From positions 3,648,001 through 3,712,000 of the forward strand of contig CBDEFM010000002.1 in NCBI GenBank assembly GCA_965237415.1: a DNA stretch of 64,000 nucleotides, given 5' to 3'. Each line of letters opens with the position of its first letter. The stretch's first letter is position 1. A model generated the notes under the pieces. The model did not search any database and was not told the origin of the DNA. It saw only the letters and a program-made list of their open reading frames with translations. Source of the DNA: Alphaproteobacteria bacterium (GTDB lineage Bacteria > Pseudomonadota > Alphaproteobacteria > UBA828). Both the position numbers and the translations under genes were made by a program. Positions 38,781-49,055 of this stretch are shown piece by piece.

Positions 38781-40898
38781 CTATGCAAATTCGATGATAA
38801 GGTTACGATACTCGTCCACGTGCCCGGTCTGATCTTGCTGCACCACGATGGTGGTGATCGGGGTATGGATGACCGCCGGCCCTGTGAGGACGTTGCCCGG
38901 AGCGAGCCGCGTGAAGTCGTAGATATCCGCGGGGGCAAAGCCGTCGCTCGCGTCAACAAAGACGTCGCGCGTGCCGGTCTTGGCCGCGCTCGCGTCCAGC
39001 GTCCCCTGCGGTGCCTTCTCGATCGCCGGCGGGGTGATGTAGCCCCGTGCCGTCAGGCGGATCAGCGTCATCTCGACGCCCGCCCCGCGATAGCTTGAAC
39101 CCCTGCCGAACTTGCGCTCGTAAAGCGTCTCGAAATCTCCGATGAGGCGCTCGATTGCGGAGTCGTCCAGAGGCCCGCTGTCCCGCACCGGAGTCGTTAC
39201 CTCATGTACCTGACGGGCGAAGCGCAGGTCAACCGACCTCTCAAGACGCATGCGGCGCTGGTCGATTCCCTCCAGCCGGAGCTGCTCGGTGGCCCGTGTC
39301 TCCATTCGAGCGAAGATTCCGGTCAGCTCGTCCGGATCGAACGGCGGCCGAAGTCGCACGGCGTCCGTATACTCGTGAACGATGTCCGCCGAAACCAAGC
39401 CGAATGCGCAGTTCACGGCGGCGGTATACGGGACCACGATGCGCTTTACACCGAGCTCCTCGCCGAACAATGCGCAGACCAGCGGGCAGGTTCCGCCGAA
39501 CGCGTGGAGAACGAACTCGCGTGGGTCAACTCCGCGCTCGATGGTGACCTCGCGCACGAGATCGGTGATTTGAGCGACGGCTATGCGGTAAATGCCGATC
39601 GCCGCCGCGTCCGGTTCCATGCCCATCGGCTCGGCGATGGTACGCGTGAATATGTCGCGCGTGGTGTCGACGTCGAGTGTCATGGTGCCGCCAAGGAAGA
39701 TATCCGGGTCGAGATATCCGATCAGCAACAACACGTCGGTCAGCGTCGGCTCGGTTCCGCCCCGGCCGTAGCAAATCGGCCCCGGATCGGCACCCGCGCT
39801 TCGCGGCCCGATTCGGGGCGCCCCGGTGCGCGGGTCCAACGACACGATGCTGCCTCCGCCGGCGCCTATCGACACCACCTCTATTTTCGGCGCGATGTAG
39901 TGGAAGCGGCCGAGGATCGGATTCCGCGCATATTCGAGCTGACCGTCCTCGATCACAGCGGCCTTGAAAGTCGTGCCGCCCATATCCGTCGCGATGACAT
40001 CCAGATCGCCCATGAGCTGACCCAGATATTTGCTGCCCAGTACGCCGGCTGCCGGTCCGCACTCGATCATCCCGACGCTGCGGTTGACGGCCTCCTCGGC
40101 CGGCAGCAGCCCGCCATAACCCTGCATGACCAGGAGAGGGCCGTCGTAGCCGTACCCGGCAAGCAGGCGCTTCATGTCGGTGAGATAGCCGTGGGCGATG
40201 CGGCCACCGAACGCGTTGATTACTGTAGTCGACGTGCGCTCGTACTCGCCCGGAATCGGCGCGACCGCGCTGGAGACGGTGACGAAGGTGTCATGGGCGA
40301 CCCGCTGGACGATCTCGGCGACGCGCCTTTCATGATCCGCATTCTTGAATGACCAAAGAAAACAAATAGCGATAGCTTCGACGCCCTTGTCGTTCACCAG
40401 ATACCTGACCGCCCTCTCGGCTTCCTCCTCGTCGAGTGGACGGATCACGGCGCCCTTGTAGTCGATGCGTTCGGGAACCCCGCGAATCAGGGAGTAGTCA
40501 ACCAGCGGCTCCGCCCGGTCGGTCGCGATCGGGTTCTTGATTCCTTCCTCGCTCAGGCCGGCCCAGCGCCCGTAGGGGCCACGCGTCGCGAGGAGGGTGT
40601 CCTCGAAGCCCTCGGTAGTGATGAGACCGGTCCGCGGCCCATGACGCGTCAGAATGGCGTTGTCGATGACTGTGGTTCCATGGATGAATAGCCTGGTGGC
40701 AGCGAGAAGTTCAGTTGTCGACAAATCCATGGCGTGCGCGGCCGAGGCGATCGATGCCATAACGCCGTCGGCAAAGTTCGGCGGTGTCGATAAGACCTTT
40801 CCGAGTTGGATGGGTTCCCCGACGGCGAAAACGACCGTGTCGGTGCAGGTACCTCCCACATCCGTGGCCACGACATACTTATTCGCCGCTTCGCTCAT
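38781..40898 (-). CDS. Hydantoinase A/oxoprolinase family protein
   Basis: DVGGTCTD, HGTT, EYERTSTT, DMGGTT, SIGAGGGS. Confidence 0.93.
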   Translation of the reverse strand: MSEAANKYVVATDVGGTCTDTVVFAVGEPIQLGKVLSTPPNFADGVMASIASAAHAMDLSTTELLAATRLFIHGTTVIDNAILTRHGPRTGLITTEGFEDTLLATRGPYGRWAGLSEEGIKNPIATDRAEPLVDYSLIRGVPERIDYKGAVIRPLDEEEAERAVRYLVNDKGVEAIAICFLWSFKNADHERRVAEIVQRVAHDTFVTVSSAVAPIPGEYERTSTTVINAFGGRIAHGYLTDMKRLLAGYGYDGPLLVMQGYGGLLPAEEAVNRSVGMIECGPAAGVLGSKYLGQLMGDLDVIATDMGGTTFKAAVIEDGQLEYARNPILGRFHYIAPKIEVVSIGAGGGSIVSLDPRTGAPRIGPRSAGADPGPICYGRGGTEPTLTDVLLLIGYLDPDIFLGGTMTLDVDTTRDIFTRTIAEPMGMEPDAAAIGIYRIAVAQITDLVREVTIERGVDPREFVLHAFGGTCPLVCALFGEELGVKRIVVPYTAAVNCAFGLVSADIVHEYTDAVRLRPPFDPDELTGIFARMETRATEQLRLEGIDQRRMRLERSVDLRFARQVHEVTTPVRDSGPLDDSAIERLIGDFETLYERKFGRGSSYRGAGVEMTLIRLTARGYITPPAIEKAPQGTLDASAAKTGTRDVFVDASDGFAPADIYDFTRLAPGNVLTGPAVIHTPITTIVVQQDQTGHVDEYRNLIIEFA

Positions 40899-41002
40899 GA
40901 GGAAACCAACGGTCCTCCCAGTTGTCGTCAGGCGGCTCCATCAATTTTGTACTGCCACTGCATTCCTATGCAGTGCGGTCGGGCAGGCGTTCGTAGCCTC
41001 CG

Positions 41003-41135
41003 CTAGTCACCTGAATCTGAAGTTCGCCACATAAAGCTAACTATGTTGAACGACTAAATTCTTCGACAATAGAGCGACTTAGTGTGGCAGCACTGCTAAT
41101 CTATAATGATCTCAACTTCAGTGCCAGATGACTAG
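41003..41135 (+). mobile_element. 133-bp IS630-related MITE, subtype A
   Basis: Reverse complement of 15102-15234. Confidence 0.92.
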
Positions 41136-41143
41136 CTTCTCCG

Positions 41144-41545
41144 TTACGTCAGTCCCAACTGTCGCAGTTGACTGGCCCGATCGAAATAGATGGTTTCGCT
41201 CTCAATCTTGTCGCCTTCGAACTGGAATATGACCACGAGGCGCACCTTGAAAGACTTCCCCGTCGGAGGCTTCCCGTTATAAGGCCCTTTACACGTCCCC
41301 GTATAGTCGGCGGTCATCGCGACTGCGACATCGTCTTCGATCAGTTGCGTCGGACTAACGTTGAAATCGGGGAACGCCTCCCACAGCTCTGCGTATCGGT
41401 TGGCGACCTCCTCGGAACCCTGATAGACCTCTCCATAAACCTCGTCGCGAACCGGCTCTTCGTCGATGAGCGTCGCCAGCATGGCCTGCATGTCATGCCG
41501 ATTCTCCGTCTCGATATGCTCGCGAACGACGTCGGACTTCGACAT
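41144..41545 (-). CDS. SnoaL-like / ester cyclase family protein
   Basis: EAFPDF, PPTGKSF, IYFDRASQLRQLG. Confidence 0.85.
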   Translation of the reverse strand: MSKSDVVREHIETENRHDMQAMLATLIDEEPVRDEVYGEVYQGSEEVANRYAELWEAFPDFNVSPTQLIEDDVAVAMTADYTGTCKGPYNGKPPTGKSFKVRLVVIFQFEGDKIESETIYFDRASQLRQLGLT

Positions 41546-41689
41546 GGCGTGAACTCCCGAAATTATGCATTGGCTCCACTTTAGAGGACTCTATTAGCAC
41601 CCAATTTTGTCGTCAACGCTACGTCCGGAAGCGTTGCTTTCCCAGGCGCTATGGTTCTCGCCCGAGACCAGGGTGGCCCGCTCCATCCC

Positions 41690-41880
41690 GTCAAGCGGTC
41701 CGATGTGCGCCACGAGCACGCAGCAGACTATCTTTGGCACAGCTTAGCTTCTCGCGCGTCGGCGCTTGGCGAGGGTTTGCCGATAATCGGGGAGCCGCTG
41801 GGACACACGCAAGTACAGACAGCTGCCCGTTACGCTCACCTCGCCTGCGGCACAGGCAGCCCGTCGACCGCCCATTTCGG
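41690..41880 (+). pseudogene. Tyrosine integrase C-terminal remnant
   Basis: HSLASRASALGEGLPIIGEPLGHTQVQTAARYAHL. Confidence 0.75.
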
Positions 41881-41947
41881 AGACGGCATCGACGGAAATC
41901 CGAACGCAATCAAAGGATGACGCCGGGCGGGCAATCGGTCAAGCCCG

Positions 41948-43484
41948 TGTCGCTAGTCACCTGAATCTGAAGTTCGCCACATAAAGACAACTATATTGCA
42001 CGACCACATTCTTCGACAATAGAGCGACTTAGTGTGACGACACTGCCAATTGAAAATGATCTCAACTTCAGTGTCAGGTGACTAGCACATGATGTGTCCG
42101 GTTTAGGTAGCACACGAGTTGTCCGGTTTGGTCTCTCCGTGGGGAGGGACCGCGATGAGCCGGACGACGTTGCTACAGGAACGCAGGATGCAGACGTTTC
42201 AGAATGTGCTGGGGCACTGGCAGGCACGACGCCTGTCTGCGCTGGAGGCGGCGGAGATGCTGGGGATGAGCGAGCGCAGCTTCCGCCGCTACCGGCGCCG
42301 CTACGAGGACGATGGCCTCGACGGATTGTTCGACCGAAGGCTCGACAAGGCGTCCGCGCGCCGCGTGCCGGCCGACCGGATCGAATGGGTGCTCGAGCAG
42401 TACCGAACCCGCCATACGGGCTGGACGGTCAAGCACTTCCACGACCATCTCTGCGCCCACCATGGCTTCGCCTGGAGCTACACCTGGACCAAGACCACCT
42501 TGCAGCGCGCAGGCCTGGTGTCCAAGGCACCCAGGCGCGGCGCCCACCGTCGCCGGCGCCCGCGCAAGCCCTGCGTCGGCATGATGGTCCACCAGGACGG
42601 CTCACGCCATGAGTGGCTGGCCGGCCAGGCGGCGTGCGACCTGATCGTCACCATGGACGACGCCACCAGCGAGATCTATTCGGCCTTCCTGGTCGAGGAG
42701 GAAGGCACCGCGTCCACCTTCCGGGCGCTGAAGCAGGTGTTCACCGACAAGGGGATGCCCAGCAGCCTCTACACCGACCGTGGCAGCCATTACTTCCACA
42801 CCCCCGAGGCAGGCGGCAAGGTCGCCAAGGATCAACACACCCAGGTCGGCCGCGCCCTCCACCAGCTCGGCATCGAGCACATCGCTGCCTATTCGCCCGA
42901 GGCGCGCGGCCGCTCCGAGCGCGCCTTCGGCACCCTCCAGGACCGCCTCGTCAAGGAACTGGCGTTGGCGGGGATCGCGACGGTCGAAGCCGCAAACCGC
43001 TTCATCGCAGACACCTACCTGCCCGACCACAATCGCCGCTTCGCCACCCCGCCCGAGCTCGACGACAGCGCCTTCGTGCCCCTCGAACACCCCGGCCAGA
43101 TCGACGATATCCTCTGTTGCCGCACAGACCGCACGGTCGCCCGCGACAACACCGTGCGCTACGAAAGGCGCGTCCTCCAGATCCCCGCCACCCCGGCCAG
43201 ACACCACTACGTCAAGGCCAGGGTCCGGGTCCACGAGTATCCGGACGGAACCCTCGCCCTCTTCCACGGGCCCCGATGCCTCGCCCGCTACACCGCCAAC
43301 GGCGAGCCCATCGAAACCCCAACCCGGCAGGCCGCGTGAGACGCTTCGACGCGACCGGCCGGCGCCCTGTGGACAAGTGGACAGCCGCTCCGCGCCTGAC
43401 CACTTGTCCACAGGGCCAACCGCAACAACAGAAGCGGACATATGATGTGCTACGAAAACCGGACAAATCCACTTGCTGGCGACA
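41948..43484 (+). mobile_element. IS481/ISNCY-type element (transposase 42155-43339) with a MITE in its left IR
   Basis: HQDGS, MDDAT, YTDRGS, RGRSER motifs; ends TGTCGC.../...GCGACA; GCCCG direct repeat on both sides. Confidence 0.9.
41953..42085 (+). mobile_element. 133-bp IS630-related MITE, subtype B
   Basis: Same unit as 33352-33484, inserted at CTAG. Confidence 0.92.
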
Positions 43485-43500
43485 GCCCGAGAGTCGCTGG

Positions 43501-43725
43501 TGTCGCTAGTCACCTGAATCTAAAGTGCGCCACATAAAGACAACTATATTGCACGACCACATTCTTCGACAATAGAGCGACTTAGTGTGACGACACTGCC
43601 AATTGATAATGATCTCAACTTCAGATTCAGGTGACTAGCACATGATGTGTCCGGTTTAGGTAGCACACGAGTTGTCCGGTTTGGTCTCTCCGTGGGGAGG
43701 GACCGCGATGAGCCGGACGACGTTG
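43501..43725 (+). mobile_element. Truncated second IS481/ISNCY left end containing a MITE (43506-43638)
   Basis: Repeats 41948-~42172; its MITE has a few substitutions relative to 41953-42085. Confidence 0.9.
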
Positions 43726-43815
43726 TTGTTAAGCGCGCTAAACTGACCCCCACGAATCAAACTAAAACAATGAGTTAGAGCGCCGATCGGCGGGGAACTG
43801 TCGCGCTTAACAACA
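43724..43815. mobile_element. 92-bp IS21-like mini-element
   Basis: 14-bp perfect IR TGTTGTTAAGCGCG; internal TGACCCC. Confidence 0.8.
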
Positions 43816-43817
43816 GT

Positions 43818-44034
43818 CTAGTGTCCTGATCCAGAAGTTCGTATGCATTGAAGAGGTACCCCTGACACGTCATGGCCGGGCTTGTCCTGGCCATCCACGT
43901 GTTTGCTCGGCGCTCAGCGGATCTTGCTGAGCGAGATGCCCGGAACAAGTCCGGGCATGACAAGAGGAGTGGTGGGGCCGGGGAGACCGCACGGCCAACC
44001 CGAAATCATGCGAACTTCAGAAACTGGACACTAG
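43818..44034. mobile_element. CTAG-bounded MITE carrying an alphaproteobacterial REP-like repeat
   Basis: Ends CTAGTGTCC..AGAAGTTCG / CGAACTTCAG..GGACACTAG; internal GTCATGGCCGGGCTTGTCC...GGAACAAGTCCGGGCATGAC. Confidence 0.75.
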
Positions 44035-44163
44035 TCACCTGAATCTGAAGTTCGCCACATAAAGACAACTATATTGCACGACCACATTCTTCGACAATAG
44101 AGCGACTTAGTGTGACGACACTGCCAATTGAAAATGATCTCAACTTCAGTGTCAGGTGACTAG
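44031..44163 (+). mobile_element. 133-bp IS630-related MITE, subtype B
   Basis: Same unit; shares its CTAG with the preceding MITE. Confidence 0.92.
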
Positions 44164-44193
44164 CAGCATCGGATAGCGAAGCGCGTGGGTGGG

Positions 44194-44223
44194 TGAGGCT
44201 GAGGCTGAGGCTGAGGCTGAGGC
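44194..44223. repeat. (TGAGGC)5 microsatellite
   Basis: Five exact hexamer copies. Confidence 0.95.
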
Positions 44224-44229
44224 TTACTC

Positions 44230-44728
44230 TTAGAGCAGCCCCGTCCATGCGGGTCAGATCCGGCAGCCAGGCCCGCCGCACCGCCTCCGGCGCGAATCGA
44301 TCCAGCACATAGGCGACCGCGCCGGTGAGCGTCGCCGGGCAATGGATCGAAATGTCGGACTGAGAGAGCAGACAGCCCATGGCGAAGGTCAGCGCGAAGG
44401 GGCGGGGCGCGGGGCCGTAGTTCAGCCCGACGATGCCGCGCTCGTAGATGCCGCGGTGGACCGCGGCATAGAGTGGGTTGCGGCGCACGGTCGTGCGGGG
44501 CCTCCCGTCTTCGTCCGCCGTTTCCAGGACGGGCGGCGCGAAGCGGTCCGTGTAATCCGCCTGCTCTTCGAACGTGCCCACAGTCCAGGCGCCCAGCTCG
44601 CTCAGCCGCGCGGCGTCCTCCTCCGTAAGCCACGGCGCACGCCGGCGCAGCAGCGCTTGCAGGTTCGCGTCCTCCAGAAAGACGTTCCGTTCCGCGTTTC
44701 CGGCAGAGGCCGTCATGCCCGCCAGCAT
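44230..44728 (-). pseudogene. Acyl-CoA dehydrogenase (AidB-like) N-terminal fragment
   Basis: NVFLEDANL, PPVL, IHCPATLT, WLPDL; breaks off before the MTE motif. Confidence 0.7.
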
Positions 44729-44743
44729 AGCGGAACCGCCCCG

Positions 44744-45430
44744 CTACCGGTTGGCGAAGGCCTCGAGCGAGGAGAGGTAGGCCAGGACCCGCTCGAGCGG
44801 TTCCACGTCGCAATACTTCATGTCGATGTCGAACAGGTTCCATTCGACCGCGGCCGGCACGCGGTCGCCGACGCACTCGCGCACCACGACGGTGCGGAAG
44901 CCCTCGCCGAGGGCGTCTTCCACCGTGTGCCTGACGCAGCCGGCCATGGTGACGCCGGTGCAGATCAGCGTGTCGATGCCGCCCGCGCGGAGGACGCCGC
45001 CGAGGTGGGTGCCGGCGAAGGCGCTCGGGCGTTTCTTGACGATCACCGTGTCCACGCCGGGCTGGGGCGGGATGCGGTCGTCGATCTCGGTCGCGGGCGC
45101 ACCGAGCATGAGGTCTTCGAACGGGGTCTTGAGCGGGAACGCGCCCATGTCGAAGCGGCTGCAGAACGCGGTGGTGGTGTAGATCACCGGCACGCACCTG
45201 GCCCGCGCCGCCTCGAGCAGGCGCTGAACGCCGGGGATGATCCGCTCGTCCATGTCCTCGCAGGAGAAGCGGTAGCCCGGACGGGTCCAGGCGTTCGCGA
45301 GATCGATATTGAGGAGCGCCGGGCGGCTCCCGAAGCCCGAGCGCTGGTTCCAGCCGCGCTTCCTGTAAAGCCCGGAATCCGACGAAAAGATGGTGTCGAG
45401 GGCCGCGCGGACCTCGTCATCGAGCGGCAT
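44744..45430 (-). CDS. Isochorismatase-family hydrolase (N-carbamoylsarcosine amidase-like)
   Basis: GFGSRPALLNID, KKRPSAF, GCVRHTVED. Confidence 0.9.
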   Translation of the reverse strand: MPLDDEVRAALDTIFSSDSGLYRKRGWNQRSGFGSRPALLNIDLANAWTRPGYRFSCEDMDERIIPGVQRLLEAARARCVPVIYTTTAFCSRFDMGAFPLKTPFEDLMLGAPATEIDDRIPPQPGVDTVIVKKRPSAFAGTHLGGVLRAGGIDTLICTGVTMAGCVRHTVEDALGEGFRTVVVRECVGDRVPAAVEWNLFDIDMKYCDVEPLERVLAYLSSLEAFANR

Positions 45431-45566
45431 GGCTGCCTCCCTCCCTCCGTTGTCTGCCCATGGTATGCCACGGCGGGGCCGGGGGCGACGGGCCGGGGCG
45501 ACGGGTTTGATTCGGCGCCGGCTGCTCTCTACCCTGGCCGGCGAGGTCGAACGGGAGGCACGCGCC

Positions 45567-47327
45567 ATGGCGAACGTCGACCCCATCACCGTGCAGGTGA
45601 TCGGCGGCGCCCTGCATATGATCGCGAAGGAGATGGGGCACCTGCTCTATCGCATGTCCTACTCCACGATCATCCGGGAATCGGAGGATCTCGGCGCCGG
45701 GCTCTTCGACCGCGGCTTCAACACGCTCTGCGAATCGGATTCGACGCCGATGCATATCGGCTCGATCCCCGGCTATCTGCGGGGCGCCGAGCGCACCATG
45801 CACGGCACGTGGCGGCCCGGCGATGTCGTGCTGCACAACCATCCCTATCACGGCGCGAGCCATGTGCCGGACATCTGCTGCATCGCGCCGGTGTTCTACG
45901 AGGACAAGCTGGTCGGCTTCTCGGCCAACACGGCGCATCATGTCGACCTCGGCGCCGCGACCCCGGGCATCGTCATCGACATCCCGGACGTGTTCGCCGA
46001 GGGCATGCTCTTCTCGGGCGTGAAGCTCTACGAGGAGGATAGGCTGAACCGCGCGCTCTGGCAGCACATCGAGACCAACACCCGCGTGCCGCGCGACGTG
46101 CTGGGGGATATCGAGGCGCAGGTCGCCTCCGCCCGGCTGGGAGTCCGCCGCTTCCAGGAGCTGTACGAAACCTACGGAAAGGCGACGCTTGAAGCCGCCA
46201 CGGCCGAGCTGATGGACTATTCGGAGCGGATGCTGCGCCGGCGCATCCGGGAGATTCCCGACGGGGACTATGTCGCCGAAGGCTTCCTGGACGACGACGG
46301 CGTCAACCGGGAGGTGCGCCTGCCGGTCAAGGTCACCGTGCGGATCAGGGGCGATTCGGCGGTGGTCGACACGACCGGCTCCGCGCCCCAGGTGGCGACC
46401 GCCTTCAACGTCCCCTTCGAGGGTTCGACCAAGGTGGCGTGCTATTTCGCGTTCCGCGCGCTCCTGCTCGATACGAGCACCACCACCGAATACATTCCCC
46501 AGAACCAGGGCTCGTTCCGCCCGATCGAGGTGGTCTCGCCCGAAGGCTCGATCTTCAACCCGAAGTTTCCGGCCGCCTGCCAATCGCGCTTCGCCCAGTG
46601 CCAGCGCCTGGTCGACCTCATCTGCAAGGCGCTCGCGCCGGCGATCCCGGACAAAGTGACGGCCGGTTGCGGCGCGACCCTCTCAGCCTTCGCCTATTCC
46701 GGCGTGCGGCCCAGCGGCGACTATTGGATACTGGTCGAGATCAATGAGTCCGCTTATGGCGGGCGTCCGGCGTCCGACGGTCCGGATTCGATCGACGAGT
46801 TGATGCGCAACACCCGCAACAACCCGATCGAGGATCTCGGCATGCACCTGCCTCTGATCTGCGACCGCTACGAGCTTCGAGACGACGTGGCGCCGGGCGC
46901 CGGGCGCCATCGCGGCGGGCTCGGCATCGTCAAGGTGCAGCGCTTCCTCGCGCCAGGCTACGTCGTCCACGAGGCGGACCGGCACGAGGACGCGCCCTGG
47001 GGCTTCCGGGGCGGCGCGCCCGGCACCGTCGGCAGGCTCGAGAAATGGAACGCCGCGGCGCCGGACGTGGTGGAGAGCTGGCCGGCCAAGGTGCCGGCGA
47101 CGCCGACCGAGGCCGGCGACTGCATCGCCGTCTACACGCCGGGCGGCGGCGGCTACGGCGACCCGCTCGATCGCTCGACCGCGCAGGTGCGCGACGACGT
47201 AGCCGACGGGTTCTACACGGCCGCCGAGGCGCGCGAGAGCTACGGCGTGGTCCTGGACGACTCGCTGACCGTCGACGAGACGGCGACCGTGGCGCGCCGC
47301 GCCGCACGTCGCCGCGCGAAGGCTTGA
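45567..47327 (+). CDS. Hydantoinase B/oxoprolinase family protein
   Basis: DPIT, STIIRESED, NHPYHGASH, HHVDLG, GGGGYGDP. Confidence 0.93.
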   Translation: MANVDPITVQVIGGALHMIAKEMGHLLYRMSYSTIIRESEDLGAGLFDRGFNTLCESDSTPMHIGSIPGYLRGAERTMHGTWRPGDVVLHNHPYHGASHVPDICCIAPVFYEDKLVGFSANTAHHVDLGAATPGIVIDIPDVFAEGMLFSGVKLYEEDRLNRALWQHIETNTRVPRDVLGDIEAQVASARLGVRRFQELYETYGKATLEAATAELMDYSERMLRRRIREIPDGDYVAEGFLDDDGVNREVRLPVKVTVRIRGDSAVVDTTGSAPQVATAFNVPFEGSTKVACYFAFRALLLDTSTTTEYIPQNQGSFRPIEVVSPEGSIFNPKFPAACQSRFAQCQRLVDLICKALAPAIPDKVTAGCGATLSAFAYSGVRPSGDYWILVEINESAYGGRPASDGPDSIDELMRNTRNNPIEDLGMHLPLICDRYELRDDVAPGAGRHRGGLGIVKVQRFLAPGYVVHEADRHEDAPWGFRGGAPGTVGRLEKWNAAAPDVVESWPAKVPATPTEAGDCIAVYTPGGGGYGDPLDRSTAQVRDDVADGFYTAAEARESYGVVLDDSLTVDETATVARRAARRRAKA

Positions 47328-47580
47328 GCGCGGTTGCGGCGGGCGCCTTCGGACCGCGTCCGCCGCGTTCGCCGCCTTGCGTGACACGGTTCGCTGGAGA
47401 ATACTGTCCCGCTGAAGGCGGTCGGCCCCGTATTACCCGCGAAGCGCGGGTGACGGCCGGGCGGGTAAAGGACCGGACCGGGGAGCGGCCGCGGGCGCGG
47501 CGCGGGAGAGTGCGATCACGGTTTGCAGCAGAGTCCGGGAAGACCCTCGAACGCGGCGCAATCTGGCGGGAGGAGAACCC

Positions 47581-48882
47581 ATGACACAGCGACGGTCGAA
47601 GAGACACGGCTCATCCATCACGCGGCGTTTGGTTCTCAAGGGAAGCGCAGCGGCGGGGGGTGCCGCCGCTGCCGCGGCGCTCGGCGGGTTTCCCACCGTC
47701 TGGGCGCAGGACATCAAGGACATCGAGATCAACATGCTGGGGTCTGCGGTGTCGCACATAAAGAAGCTGGAGGAGATGGCCGAGGCGGCGCTCGGATTCC
47801 AGATCCAGCAGACGGTGGTCGATTTCAACACGCTCGGCCAGCGCGGCGCCACCCAGCCGCGCTCGTTCGACACGGTCGAACCGGCCTATCAGCAGTTCAA
47901 CGGCATGTGGCCGACCGGGAACTTCCAGGGCATCGACATCACCAAGCTTGCCTATTGGGATCAGACGATCGGGCTCTACAAGAAAGAAGGCAAGATCTGG
48001 CCCGACGCCTGGTACGGCCAGGGCCAGCACCCGACCCAGGTGCAGTACACCTCCGGCATAGACACCCGCGATTTCGCCGAGCCGGAGACGCAGTGGCTCA
48101 CCGCGCTGCCGACCAACCACAATGCCGACACCCTCGGCATCCGCCCCGACCTGATCGGCCGGCCGATCGAGTCCTGGGGCGAGTTCATCAATCCCGAGTT
48201 CGAGGGCAAGACGGCGCTCCAGGGCTTCCCGCAGATCGGCCTCATGGACCTCGCCATGGCGATCGAGGCCCAGGGCATGATGACCTACGGGAACAAGGGC
48301 AACATGACCCAGGACGAAATCGACCAGACCATAGACTTCCTGATCGAGCTCAAGAAGAAAGGCCACTTCCGCGCGTTCTGGCTCACCTTCAACGAATCGG
48401 TGAACCTGATGCTCTCCGGCGAGGTCGTGATCCAGTCGATGTGGTCGCCGGCGGTGACCGCGGTCCGCTCCCAGGGGGTGCCCTGCATCTATAGCGACCT
48501 GAAGGAAGGTTATCGCTCCTGGGGCATCGGCTTCATGGTCTCGAAGTACGTGGAGGGCAAGAGGCTGGATGCGCTCTACGATTTCTTCGACTGGTACTAT
48601 TCGGGGCCGGCCGGCGCCTTCTTTGCGCGCCAGGGCTACTACATGCCGACGCCCGAGCAGACCAGGCAGCATCTGCCGGCCGACGAATGGGATTTCTGGT
48701 TCGAGGGCAAGCCGGCCGTGAACGAAGTCCAGGATCCCTTCGGCAACGTGATGGAGAAGGCGGGCAGCATCCGCGACGGCGGCTCCTGGCGGAACCGCAT
48801 GGGCCGGGTCGCCGTCTGGAACTCGACGATGGACGAGAACGCCTACGTCATCCAGCGCTGGAACGAGTTTCTGACCGCATAG
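47581..48882 (+). CDS. ABC substrate-binding protein (PotD/PotF-like, Tat signal)
   Basis: TRRLVLKG Tat motif, NADTLG, QSMWSPAV. Confidence 0.88.
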   Translation: MTQRRSKRHGSSITRRLVLKGSAAAGGAAAAAALGGFPTVWAQDIKDIEINMLGSAVSHIKKLEEMAEAALGFQIQQTVVDFNTLGQRGATQPRSFDTVEPAYQQFNGMWPTGNFQGIDITKLAYWDQTIGLYKKEGKIWPDAWYGQGQHPTQVQYTSGIDTRDFAEPETQWLTALPTNHNADTLGIRPDLIGRPIESWGEFINPEFEGKTALQGFPQIGLMDLAMAIEAQGMMTYGNKGNMTQDEIDQTIDFLIELKKKGHFRAFWLTFNESVNLMLSGEVVIQSMWSPAVTAVRSQGVPCIYSDLKEGYRSWGIGFMVSKYVEGKRLDALYDFFDWYYSGPAGAFFARQGYYMPTPEQTRQHLPADEWDFWFEGKPAVNEVQDPFGNVMEKAGSIRDGGSWRNRMGRVAVWNSTMDENAYVIQRWNEFLTA

Positions 48883-49055
48883 CGGCGCGGGTTCCGGCTG
48901 CGATCGTGAACATCATCGGACTCACTGCCCCAGTCATGGCGCCGGACGCGCCCATGACCGGGGCGTACGCCGGGCCTCCGGGCGGCGGGAGGCGCCGGCG
49001 CGACCGGCTCCCCCCTGCCGCCTGATCCCGACCCGTCCATCCGGCGGCTTCTGCC

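Noticed and set aside
15102-44163. Dispersed 133-bp repeats as a CRISPR array or integron attC sites
   Set aside because: No short repeat-spacer periodicity, no cas or intI genes; ends match IS630 and CTAG targets
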